IMG/VR virus record: IMGVR_UViG_3300024255_001563
Coordinates: 136,844-200,843 of that record
Strand: one strand, 5' to 3'
Source of the DNA: a virus
Lineage: Duplodnaviria; Caudoviricetes
Length of the DNA: 64,000 nucleotides
Of this stretch, positions 38,901-46,759 are shown in pieces. The translations under genes were made by a program, and so were the position numbers. The notes beneath the pieces were generated by a model that saw only the letters and a program-made list of their open reading frames with translations, made no database searches and was not told the DNA's origin. The stretch's first letter is position 1, and every line of letters begins with the position of its first letter.

Positions 38901-39443
38901 TTATTTTTTAGCAAGCCAATACTTTTTTAATTCTTCTGAAGTATTATCTATGTATAGATACGGAATTTCAACTTTACTTTCTATAAGCCACTTAATAGTA
39001 GTTACTACATCTACAGGGTCTAAGCGCATATAATCTTTATTTGTACTTTTTAAACCTCCCACAGTTATGTGTGTAGTTTTTAAAGTTTCTGAATTTAATA
39101 GTAAACTTAAATCTTTAAGTTCTTTTTTAATCTTGGCCGCCGGCGGATCAATCCAACTCCATTGGTCAAATTCTAATATACTTCCGATATTAAAAATTTT
39201 TCCCTTACTAAGTTTGTTTGCAGCAATCTTTAGTAGTGTAAGTTGTCCGTCTGGTATTAACTGTGAATGATTTATAAACACATCAAACGTGTGAATAATG
39301 GAAGAAAATTTTTCTAAGCCTTCAGGTGATAATAAATCATAACCTGAAGATCTAGAAATAAACTTTGTGTTTGGATAAACTTCTTTAAATTCTTTTGCTA
39401 TACCGTTATCATTAGGATTGCCGGTACACAGTATCCTAAGCAT
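38901..39443 (-). CDS. Short-chain dehydrogenase/reductase-like protein, truncated type
   Basis: ILCTGN..GIAK, DVFINHS, KIFNIGS; the YxxxK motif is not evident. Confidence 0.6.
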   Translation of the reverse strand: MLRILCTGNPNDNGIAKEFKEVYPNTKFISRSSGYDLLSPEGLEKFSSIIHTFDVFINHSQLIPDGQLTLLKIAANKLSKGKIFNIGSILEFDQWSWIDPPAAKIKKELKDLSLLLNSETLKTTHITVGGLKSTNKDYMRLDPVDVVTTIKWLIESKVEIPYLYIDNTSEELKKYWLAKK

Positions 39444-39446
39444 CTA

Positions 39447-40853
39447 TTAGCCTAGTACTACCCAGCTTGTTCCGTTCCACCCTTTAAATTCGTTTGTAGT
39501 GCTATCAAACACAATCGAACCTGGACCTACATCGGCACCGGTTGGAATATCTCCTGTAGCGTAAGAACCTGATTTTAGCACCGGAGCAGTAAAAGTTCCT
39601 AGCCCGCCGTCCATTATAAACTGTGTTGGAAATGTACTGTTATTGCTACCTACAAAATATGTTAGTGAAGCGCCTGGAAAGCCTTCGTTAAAATCAGCAT
39701 CTGATTTCCATGCTGCCAATGCGTTAACAGCATTAACATATCCAGTAGTTCTATAACCGTCAATAGCAAAGCCGCCTAGAACATCGCCAGCAGTTGTATC
39801 TGCTTTATTATCTAAATCAGTTCCCTTATATGCTCTAAAAGGAACAACAGAAAGACGATTAAAAGTACCATCTGTTATGCCTTCAAACGTGATGCGTTCT
39901 TGTTCTGTGTCATTAAAAGCAAGTCTAGTAGTATTATCACTAAATCCAGTACCATCTCTAGAAGTTATTTCATTTATTCTTGCCAAATTAGCAGTAACAT
40001 TTTGATTAATACCGTCAATTATTACACTACTGTCATCACTAAACACACTACCAGTAAGATCGCCAGTAACTTGGCCTCTAACATTTCCGAGTAAGTCGCC
40101 TTCTATGTTACCAACAAATCCAGTAAATGATTCAATTCTGTTAGCACTAATATCTTGTCTTGGAATGAGATTGTCCTGGCCAATTGCGACACCGTCTATT
40201 GAACCACCTGTAATCGTTACAGTTCCGATTGTAGCAGTACCAAGATTTGATACACCTAAAGATGTAATGTTGCCGGTTACATTACCGGTTACATTGCCAG
40301 TTAAAGCACCAGTTATATCAGTAGCATTAACAGTTCCTACAGTCAGCACATTGGATAAGTTATTATAAATTACAGTACTATCACTTCCGATAATATTAGT
40401 AACTGCAATACTGTCTGCAGATAGTTGTCCAGTTATTTCTGCACCTTCTGCGTGTAATGTATTCCATCTACGTAACCCTGTACCTAAGTCATAACCGCCG
40501 TCGATAGCAGGTTTAAGAGACGAATTAATTACACCGTTAACATTAATAATGTCTGATGCATCGTCGCCTAAGCCAATATTTCCAGTTGCATTTATTGTGC
40601 CGTCAATATTAATATTGCCGATGCCTGTAATATTATTATTATTGAGATCTAAGTCTCCACCTAGTTGCGGAGTAGTATCTCCTACTAGTTCAGTAAATTG
40701 ATCTGCTGCTGTAGGTCCTACTAAGACCCCTCCTGCTGTAGAACCATCTCCAACGTATAATTTTTTGGTATCGGTAGCATATACTAACTCGCCCTGAAGC
40801 GGAGTTATTATTTGTCTTTCTGCATCTGTACCACGTCTTAATCGTAAAGCCAT
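39447..40853 (-). CDS. Tail fibre or virion fibre protein with an Mtd N-terminal-like domain
   Basis: MALRLRRGTDAERQ..QGELVYATDTKKLYVGDG; GDTTPQLGGDLDLN; TGNV repeats; C-terminal FKGWNGTSW. Confidence 0.7.
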   Translation of the reverse strand: MALRLRRGTDAERQIITPLQGELVYATDTKKLYVGDGSTAGGVLVGPTAADQFTELVGDTTPQLGGDLDLNNNNITGIGNINIDGTINATGNIGLGDDASDIINVNGVINSSLKPAIDGGYDLGTGLRRWNTLHAEGAEITGQLSADSIAVTNIIGSDSTVIYNNLSNVLTVGTVNATDITGALTGNVTGNVTGNITSLGVSNLGTATIGTVTITGGSIDGVAIGQDNLIPRQDISANRIESFTGFVGNIEGDLLGNVRGQVTGDLTGSVFSDDSSVIIDGINQNVTANLARINEITSRDGTGFSDNTTRLAFNDTEQERITFEGITDGTFNRLSVVPFRAYKGTDLDNKADTTAGDVLGGFAIDGYRTTGYVNAVNALAAWKSDADFNEGFPGASLTYFVGSNNSTFPTQFIMDGGLGTFTAPVLKSGSYATGDIPTGADVGPGSIVFDSTTNEFKGWNGTSWVVLG

Positions 40854-40884
40854 GTATGAAAACTCCTAGAATAACTGTTATATG

Positions 40885-40890
40885 TATTTA
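40885..40890 (-). promoter_or_regulatory. TAAATA late-promoter-like motif
   Basis: ATAAATACAT upstream of the fibre gene RBS (GGAG). Confidence 0.5.
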
Positions 40891-40900
40891 TGTCTATCTA

Positions 40901-41221
40901 TTACTTTCTTTTCTTTAAGAAGTATTTTGTTCTTTTAGTAATATCTTCTTTAAGTTTAACAGTGTTTAGTCTAAAATCAACATTTATAATGTAGTCATCG
41001 TACTCTTCAAATAAAGCTTCTAACGTGTCTTCTAAAGAGTCGGCACCGTTCTTTTCCATTGACTTTTCTAAGTCAATGTCCCAAACTTTTCCGTCTTCAA
41101 AGTAAACACGTATAGAATCTAAATACTCTAACGGCACAACTTTAACATCGAGATCGCCGAATATTTCAGGCCAATGTTCTACAACTTCCGGCGGTAACTG
41201 ATTATCAGATTTTTTACCCAC
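40901..41221 (-). CDS. Hypothetical protein
   Basis: 106-aa ORF coupled to the upstream gene. Confidence 0.7.
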   Translation of the reverse strand: MGKKSDNQLPPEVVEHWPEIFGDLDVKVVPLEYLDSIRVYFEDGKVWDIDLEKSMEKNGADSLEDTLEALFEEYDDYIINVDFRLNTVKLKEDITKRTKYFLKKRK

Positions 41222-41819
41222 TTACTTCGGACTTCGTTTTAGCTTTCTTTTTAGTCGGAACAAGTTCCTCAGCTTGCTTACGGAGCGATTGTGCTTCTTT
41301 AAACAATGCATCTGCTTGCGAACGATATTGTGCCGCTAATGATTCGTCAGTTAACACATCGTCAGTTGCAGGCTCTATATATGCATCAGCAGGGTTTTGT
41401 GTTGTCTGAGTCTCAGGCGTCTGTCTGCCGCCTTCAGGCTGAAGAGCTAAATCTTCTACTGTAACTCCCTTTTGTTGTGCAATAATTTTATTAAGTTCCG
41501 CAAGATTAATAGTTGTCTTATTATCAGGTTGCATTTCAACTTCACTAGATGCAACTTTTAATAGCTTTCCTGTGGTATGAAATCCTGCAAGCATATTACG
41601 ACCGTCTGGTAGTTGTGTTCTAGACATTGCTTCTGCTAATTCATAAGCACTTTGTCCAGCATCGGACTCGACTAATTTAATTAAAGAATCGTGTTCGTCT
41701 GCCATTAAGTTTTCTGTTGTTACTATTAGTGCATTATCTGCTTCTCCAGGAACTACTCTATATGCAACAATTACTTTTCGTTGATTTCTTACTAATCGAC
41801 CTACATGTTTAATAGCCAT
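41214..41819 (-). CDS. Hypothetical protein
   Basis: 201-aa ORF with a C-terminal coiled coil. Confidence 0.75.
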   Translation of the reverse strand: MAIKHVGRLVRNQRKVIVAYRVVPGEADNALIVTTENLMADEHDSLIKLVESDAGQSAYELAEAMSRTQLPDGRNMLAGFHTTGKLLKVASSEVEMQPDNKTTINLAELNKIIAQQKGVTVEDLALQPEGGRQTPETQTTQNPADAYIEPATDDVLTDESLAAQYRSQADALFKEAQSLRKQAEELVPTKKKAKTKSEVSG

Positions 41820-41820
41820 A

Positions 41821-42048
41821 TTATGCTCCTTGCTCTGCCTCAGCAGACTGCTGAACTGCGGTTAAAAACGCTTCTAATTTTGAATACGTTTGTCCAACAG
41901 TTACCATTTCGTTTGGTTTAAATGCTCCGCGTTGGCTAGCAACGTCGATAATTTGTTTAAGTGCTGATAAGTCTTGAACAGTTAAATCGACTGGGTTTGC
42001 TTGGGCTTCTGCAGGCTGCTCAGTTGGTTGAGTATTTTCTTCGCTCAT
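41821..42048 (-). CDS. Small hypothetical protein
   Basis: 75 aa, GGAG RBS, TAAATA at 42083-42088 upstream. Confidence 0.7.
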   Translation of the reverse strand: MSEENTQPTEQPAEAQANPVDLTVQDLSALKQIIDVASQRGAFKPNEMVTVGQTYSKLEAFLTAVQQSAEAEQGA

Positions 42049-42085
42049 TTTAATCTCCTGTTATGAATGTGCATTGTTAATGTAT

Positions 42086-42367
42086 TTACGTATATTTTAA
42101 ATACGGGCATGCCAAAGTGAAATAAGAACTTTCCTTTGGATCTTCAAAACCTACTAGTACATATGGTGCAAGTAAGTTTGAAGAATCTGTTTTGATAGAT
42201 TTGCCTAAGTAAAATCTACCTTTAAGATTAGTTTCAATCCATTTAACTATGGAATCTTCGATATTATATCGTAAAGGAACATCAACATATTCGAAATGTT
42301 TTGGAGGGAACTCAATACGTCTAATATTAAAAAAGTTTAATGGATTAGGATGTTTATTTTTTATCAT
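42086..42367 (-). CDS. Hypothetical protein
   Basis: 93-aa ORF overlapping the VWA gene stop. Confidence 0.65.
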   Translation of the reverse strand: MIKNKHPNPLNFFNIRRIEFPPKHFEYVDVPLRYNIEDSIVKWIETNLKGRFYLGKSIKTDSSNLLAPYVLVGFEDPKESSYFTLACPYLKYT

Positions 42368-43710
42368 TTGAACTCGTAATGTGCTGTCTGTCCAAACGGT
42401 GCTTGTACATTCTTATCGTGGTGGCTGTGAATAACAAATACTGTGTCACAGTAGTCTTCTTCGCCCCAGCTATCCCAAGCATAGCCGTCTGTAAACATAA
42501 TAAACTTCTTAGGAACATATCCGGTCTCTTTCATATATGTCCAGTTAACCATAAAGTCAGTGCCGCCACCGCCCATAATTTCATAGTCTAGCAAGTCATC
42601 ACCGCCGTCTGAACTATAGTCTTGTTCGTTATAAACCTTAGTATCAAAGCACCACAACTTAATGTTATAATCTTGATATTCGTCCATAATGCCTTTAATT
42701 TCGCTAAGAAAGTCACGAGCTTGTTCATTGCCAATTGAGCCGCTCATATCAAGAGCTACTGCAATATCAATAGTATCTTGGTAATTCATTCCTGGCAAAA
42801 TAGCACCGCTCATTTGTCCTTTGCGTGATGGACGACTAAATGTATAATCGCTTTTAATAGTACTTTGGATTTGTTGCCGAAGAAGTTCACGCCAGTTCAT
42901 CTTAGGTTCAGTAAGCTCTTTAATCATACGCTGTACTGCCGCAGGAGTATTACCAGCACCCGCAGCTTGTGCGGCATTAATCATTGACTCTTTGACTTCG
43001 TCTTTGATCTGCTTCATTTCCTCTTTAGAGTACTTTGCAGGCTTTTTACTTATACTGTTGCCTTTTCCGTCTTTGCCTTCTTCGCCCGCTTCACCATCTT
43101 CACCATCTTCACCTTCGTTGTCAAGGTGCTCGTCTAGCATTTCGCCAAGTTGCTGTAATGCTTCTTCGCCGTTCTTTTTAGCTTGTTCGAACAAGTCGTC
43201 ATAAACTTCTTCTGACATCCATCCTTCGTATTTAAAGTCTTGAAAGCAGTTTACAATACTAGGAGATGTTCCAATACGATCACGCACAAGAATGTTGTTT
43301 ACAATATAATCGGCAGCAATATTGTATAGCATAGGATTACGTTCTTCACGCCGTCCTAAGTGATCAAATACCATGTGCAGAATTTCGTGTGCAACAACAA
43401 ACTCAATTTCTTTATTGTTCATTGCGTTAAAGAATTGCGTGTTAAAATACAAGTTGCGCCCGTCTACAGCCGCAGTAGGCAACCAGTCATCTGCTGCCAA
43501 AATGCGCAGGCGTGTAGCCATGTTACCAAAGAAAGGGTGACGCAGTAGCAATCCTACCCGTGCAACAATAATGCGATCGAGTACTTCTACACGCATTTCT
43601 TCTAGTTGCTCGGGTGTAATATTAGGGTCAGGTTGCCAGTTTTTTAGTTTGCTTGCTGTCTTTTCTGTAGACATTTGCATTGCTACATGCTGTGGTAAAA
43701 AATCTAACAT
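42364..43710 (-). CDS. HExxH metallopeptidase-like domain plus VWA domain protein (DUF2201-like), MoxR partner
   Basis: AVDGRNLYFN, AHEILH, acidic Gly-rich linker, VWA MIDAS DMSGS, GGGGTDF, MFTDG. Confidence 0.85.
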   Translation of the reverse strand: MLDFLPQHVAMQMSTEKTASKLKNWQPDPNITPEQLEEMRVEVLDRIIVARVGLLLRHPFFGNMATRLRILAADDWLPTAAVDGRNLYFNTQFFNAMNNKEIEFVVAHEILHMVFDHLGRREERNPMLYNIAADYIVNNILVRDRIGTSPSIVNCFQDFKYEGWMSEEVYDDLFEQAKKNGEEALQQLGEMLDEHLDNEGEDGEDGEAGEEGKDGKGNSISKKPAKYSKEEMKQIKDEVKESMINAAQAAGAGNTPAAVQRMIKELTEPKMNWRELLRQQIQSTIKSDYTFSRPSRKGQMSGAILPGMNYQDTIDIAVALDMSGSIGNEQARDFLSEIKGIMDEYQDYNIKLWCFDTKVYNEQDYSSDGGDDLLDYEIMGGGGTDFMVNWTYMKETGYVPKKFIMFTDGYAWDSWGEEDYCDTVFVIHSHHDKNVQAPFGQTAHYEFK

Positions 43711-43743
43711 ATCGCGCCTCTCATTGTTTTAACTTATGTATAT

Positions 43744-43771
43744 ATTATAACACATTTACACTAGGTGTCAA
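43744..43771 (-). promoter_or_regulatory. Sigma70 promoter with extended -10
   Basis: TTGACA (43771-43766), 16 nt spacer ending TGT, TATAAT (43749-43744). Confidence 0.75.
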
Positions 43772-43774
43772 GAG

Positions 43775-43802
43775 AAAAGTGAGCTCTTTGGAGCTCACTT
43801 TT
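43775..43802 (-). terminator. Intrinsic terminator, potentially bidirectional
   Basis: Perfect 12-bp inverted repeat AAAAGTGAGCTC / GAGCTCACTTTT with a 4-nt loop, directly after the MoxR stop. Confidence 0.8.
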
Positions 43803-43808
43803 GGATCA

Positions 43809-44894
43809 TTATGCAGACTGTGCAGCCTTAATATACTTACCATAACGCTCATGGAATTCATCAAAGCATGCTACTTCGTCCGGATCAATTGGCAATGAAT
43901 ACTGTGTTAGTGCAAGCTTAATGCCCATAACAACTAGTTCGGTATCAAAGTTATCCATTGAAAAGCGTAGGAAGTTATTAACTTTGTCATCAAACTTCTT
44001 GTCGCCTGCGTCACTTGCTTCTTTAAGTTCGTAGCACAAAGACACAGTTAAAGAGTACATTGCACTAATTTCTTTAGTCTTCATCTCTTTTACTTTGCCT
44101 GCTAGAATATCAGTTGGGTTAGGCATGCTAGCCGCAACTTTACGGTGTGCCATAAACTTAACAGCCAAGCCTTCACCTACTGCACCACTAACTAAGTCAG
44201 TAGTAGTGTTTTCATCTAATTCATCTTCTATCAATTCTGAAACAAACGACCATGAACGAGGTGTTGCGAACGAACGACTCGGTGATTTAGGATCAAAGTC
44301 ATACAAGTCTTTCTTGCTGAAAGTAAGATAACCAACAACATCGTTATGTACTTTATTGTCAACTGCCCATTGGAACCAGTCATCAAAGTTAACAGCAAGT
44401 TCTAAGTGGATAAAGCGGTTAGCTAACGGAGCAGGCATACGATACGTAACACCTTTGTCAGCTTCACGGTTACCAGCCGCAACAATCATAACATTGTCTG
44501 GCAACTTGTAAGTACCTACTTTGCGGTTAAGAATCAATTGGTATGCTGCCGCTTGTACACTAGGCGCTGCCGAGTTCATCTCGTCTAAGAACAATACAAT
44601 GTTGTCATACTGTGCCGCAAATTCTTCGCTTGGAAGTTCGCTAGGCGCACCCCACACCATAGTACCTGAGTTGCTATCGAAGTAAGGAATACCTTTAATA
44701 TCTGTAGGCTCCCAAAGCGACAAGCGAATGTCAATTAGATGTGAGTTTGTAAATCCATCTGTAATTTGTTTAACAATATCAGACTTACCAATGCCTGGAG
44801 GTCCCCAAAGAAAGATAGGACGTTTTTTTGTAAGTGCATGCTTGATGCTTGCTTTTGCGCCATTTGGGCTAACTGTACGTGTTGCTGTATCCAT
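43809..44894 (-). CDS. MoxR-like AAA+ ATPase
   Basis: Walker A GPPGIGKS, Walker B VLFLDEMN, AAGN, PLANRF. Confidence 0.9.
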   Translation of the reverse strand: MDTATRTVSPNGAKASIKHALTKKRPIFLWGPPGIGKSDIVKQITDGFTNSHLIDIRLSLWEPTDIKGIPYFDSNSGTMVWGAPSELPSEEFAAQYDNIVLFLDEMNSAAPSVQAAAYQLILNRKVGTYKLPDNVMIVAAGNREADKGVTYRMPAPLANRFIHLELAVNFDDWFQWAVDNKVHNDVVGYLTFSKKDLYDFDPKSPSRSFATPRSWSFVSELIEDELDENTTTDLVSGAVGEGLAVKFMAHRKVAASMPNPTDILAGKVKEMKTKEISAMYSLTVSLCYELKEASDAGDKKFDDKVNNFLRFSMDNFDTELVVMGIKLALTQYSLPIDPDEVACFDEFHERYGKYIKAAQSA

Positions 44895-44933
44895 TGTGTA
44901 GTACCCTCTGTGTTTTATTTAAACTATACATAT

Positions 44934-44961
44934 ATAATAACATCATTGTACGATATGTCAA
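44934..44961 (-). promoter_or_regulatory. Sigma70 promoter with extended -10
   Basis: TTGACA (44961-44956), 16 nt spacer ending TGT, TATTAT (44939-44934). Confidence 0.65.
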
Positions 44962-45188
44962 GTCTTTTTTTTCAACTTTATACTAAAACTTCCAGGATTA
45001 TGTTTGGTTTGAACACATTCTCTAATGCGTGGATGATTGCTTGCCCACGTATATATTTCACGCATCATAGCACCTTGGCCGGTAACTACATGACATTTTT
45101 TGTATCCGCTAAGATATGCTTCTTCTATTTGTTGATTAAAGTGCCGCCAGCCGTTGTGTATATGCAAGCCGTGTAGATCAATTCTCAT
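44958..45188 (-). CDS. Stand-alone Smr-domain protein
   Basis: IDLHGL...CHVVTGQG...NPGSF, 76 aa. Confidence 0.8.
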   Translation of the reverse strand: MRIDLHGLHIHNGWRHFNQQIEEAYLSGYKKCHVVTGQGAMMREIYTWASNHPRIRECVQTKHNPGSFSIKLKKKT

Positions 45189-45564
45189 GTTTACTTCTGT
45201 TCATGGCCTTTGTTAGGCCATATTTTCGTACATCACCACTAAAAAGGGTAAGTTCGACAGCTTTCTTTTGATCTGTAACAATAATACTACGATTTGTAAG
45301 ATAATAAGGACAAGATATAAATTGATCTAAGAATATAATTACTTGCGTAGTTAGTGGCATATCGCGAGGATACGGAATATCGTATATTTCAACATCGATT
45401 TGATTTAGTATTTCAAAGCCTGCATCTGTTAATCTAAGGCCGCCTACTAATTTATTTCTAGTATTTTTCCACCACAATGGCATGTATTGCTTAACTGTAG
45501 TACTATCTGTACTTTTGTTAAGTTGTTTTAAAAACACCTTTGTGTATGTATCTTTCCAGTTCAT
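45178..45564 (-). CDS. Hypothetical protein
   Basis: 128-aa ORF overlap-coupled on both sides. Confidence 0.75.
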   Translation of the reverse strand: MNWKDTYTKVFLKQLNKSTDSTTVKQYMPLWWKNTRNKLVGGLRLTDAGFEILNQIDVEIYDIPYPRDMPLTTQVIIFLDQFISCPYYLTNRSIIVTDQKKAVELTLFSGDVRKYGLTKAMNRSKHEN

Positions 45565-45851
45565 TCTTCTTCGACAATTTCGCCTGTAGTCATTCTTACT
45601 ACTACAAACTCGTCACTACTAAACATTTCGTTTAATTTTTTAGCAAGATTGTGTGCATGTCCAGGATTGGAGAAGCTAGTTTTTTTATATTTTGGTCCAG
45701 GATAATTTGTTAGTACATTAAAACTTTTCAAATTAAAAGGCTCGTTTTGATAAAAAACTGCCCAAATTGCGTCGGCTTTTAAGACTTGCTCACTTTTGTA
45801 AGTTTTTTTATCTATGCTTTCGAGAATAATTGTTGGTTTTGGTCTGCTCAT
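45561..45851 (-). CDS. Hypothetical protein
   Basis: 96 aa; AAGGA RBS; TAAATA at 45881-45886. Confidence 0.75.
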   Translation of the reverse strand: MSRPKPTIILESIDKKTYKSEQVLKADAIWAVFYQNEPFNLKSFNVLTNYPGPKYKKTSFSNPGHAHNLAKKLNEMFSSDEFVVVRMTTGEIVEEE

Positions 45852-45904
45852 ACACGCATTTCCTTAGTTATATACGCATATATTTATCTTTTTTAATAGG
45901 TTAT

Positions 45905-46030
45905 CTACGCAGTTTATAGCGCCAGACGTAGTATACTAACACATAGACGGGATATGGCACGGGGATGCTGTGACAGCGAATTCCGCGCACTACTAAGATG
46001 TACCATATCCAAGATTTTCCTATATGTGTA
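45905..46030 (-). ncRNA. Candidate structured non-coding RNA
   Basis: A ~200-nt gap in a packed genome. 11-bp stem GGAUAUGGUAC/GUGCCAUAUCC (46010-46000 with 45960-45950) carries a G-U pair on the minus strand; there is an outer ACACAU..AG/CUAUGUGU stem and a second hairpin CUACG/CGUAG. Confidence 0.35.
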
Positions 46031-46053
46031 AAGCCAACAATTGCCACATATAC

Positions 46054-46299
46054 CTACTTCCAGTTTGCATCGGAACTTCCGAGTTGCACTACAATATTTT
46101 CTTTGGCAGTTGAAGATGCAGATAAGATTTTTTCTAGATCGCCTTCTAATCGAGACATTACTTCTCCTAATGTAAAAGCAAGACGCTTTGCAGTATTAAT
46201 ATCTAATTTTACTTCTCTTGCTTTACTAGAATCTGCTGATTTTACTGTAGATATAAATTGTTGTATTGGTAACGTGTTTAATGGTTCGTTAATTGGCAC
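46054..46299 (-). CDS. Hypothetical protein
   Basis: 81-aa ORF overlapping the upstream gene stop. Confidence 0.7.
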   Translation of the reverse strand: MPINEPLNTLPIQQFISTVKSADSSKAREVKLDINTAKRLAFTLGEVMSRLEGDLEKILSASSTAKENIVVQLGSSDANWK

Positions 46300-46759
46300 G
46301 ACTAAGTTCCTGTTTCATTTCAAATTCTGTTTTATATGGGCCTTTAGTTTTGTAACGTTCTACTGTAATTAACTTTGGACAAAAACTTTTAACCCAGCCT
46401 TTGTCAAACTTAATAATAAAATATCCTGCACAATACAAACTTTTACTTTTGACACTTTTTGTAAATAAGGGCAGTTTCTTTTTTACATCATACATGGGAT
46501 TATAAGGTGCGCAACTAGTTGGATAGTTGTGTACTTCTTTATCTAATGTTTTAATATTAGATTCTGTCGAAGTCCACGATATTTCAGTACCTAATTTATT
46601 TTTAAGTTGCTTAATATTTTTAAAGAATTTAGTACCATCATCGTTAGTATACATATATTGATGTTCCTCACCAACACTCAAGGTACCGACACGATCTCCT
46701 TGTTCGGACTCTACAATCCAAAACTTGTTTTTTAATATTTCTTTTGCTTTAAATGCCAT
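46289..46759 (-). CDS. Hypothetical protein
   Basis: Start placed at MAFKAKEIL (46759), next to the RNase H stop. Confidence 0.75.
   Translation of the reverse strand: MAFKAKEILKNKFWIVESEQGDRVGTLSVGEEHQYMYTNDDGTKFFKNIKQLKNKLGTEISWTSTESNIKTLDKEVHNYPTSCAPYNPMYDVKKKLPLFTKSVKSKSLYCAGYFIIKFDKGWVKSFCPKLITVERYKTKGPYKTEFEMKQELSRAN

Noticed and set aside
1987-39443. A RiPP precursor peptide inside the island
   Set aside because: Intergenic gaps are under about 55 nt and hold promoters; I found no short Cys-, Ser- or aromatic-rich ORF there, so a classical RiPP reading is unsupported.
40260-40320. Short 12-nt imperfect tandem repeats
   Set aside because: They simply encode the TGNV/TGAL repeats of the fibre protein; not a CRISPR array or regulatory repeat.
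39447-40853. Diversity-generating retroelement suggested by the Mtd-like N-terminus
   Set aside because: No reverse transcriptase, and no template/variable repeat pair differing at adenines, is visible in the window.
45950-46010. Possible tRNA
   Set aside because: No cloverleaf with D-, anticodon and T-arms, no GTTCRA motif and no CCA end.
45901-46056. 50 open codons in frame after the TAG of ORF 46054..46299, suggesting stop-codon reassignment or readthrough
   Set aside because: All long genes are intact in code 11 and TAG terminates other genes; the peptide looks random and the region is better explained by RNA structure.
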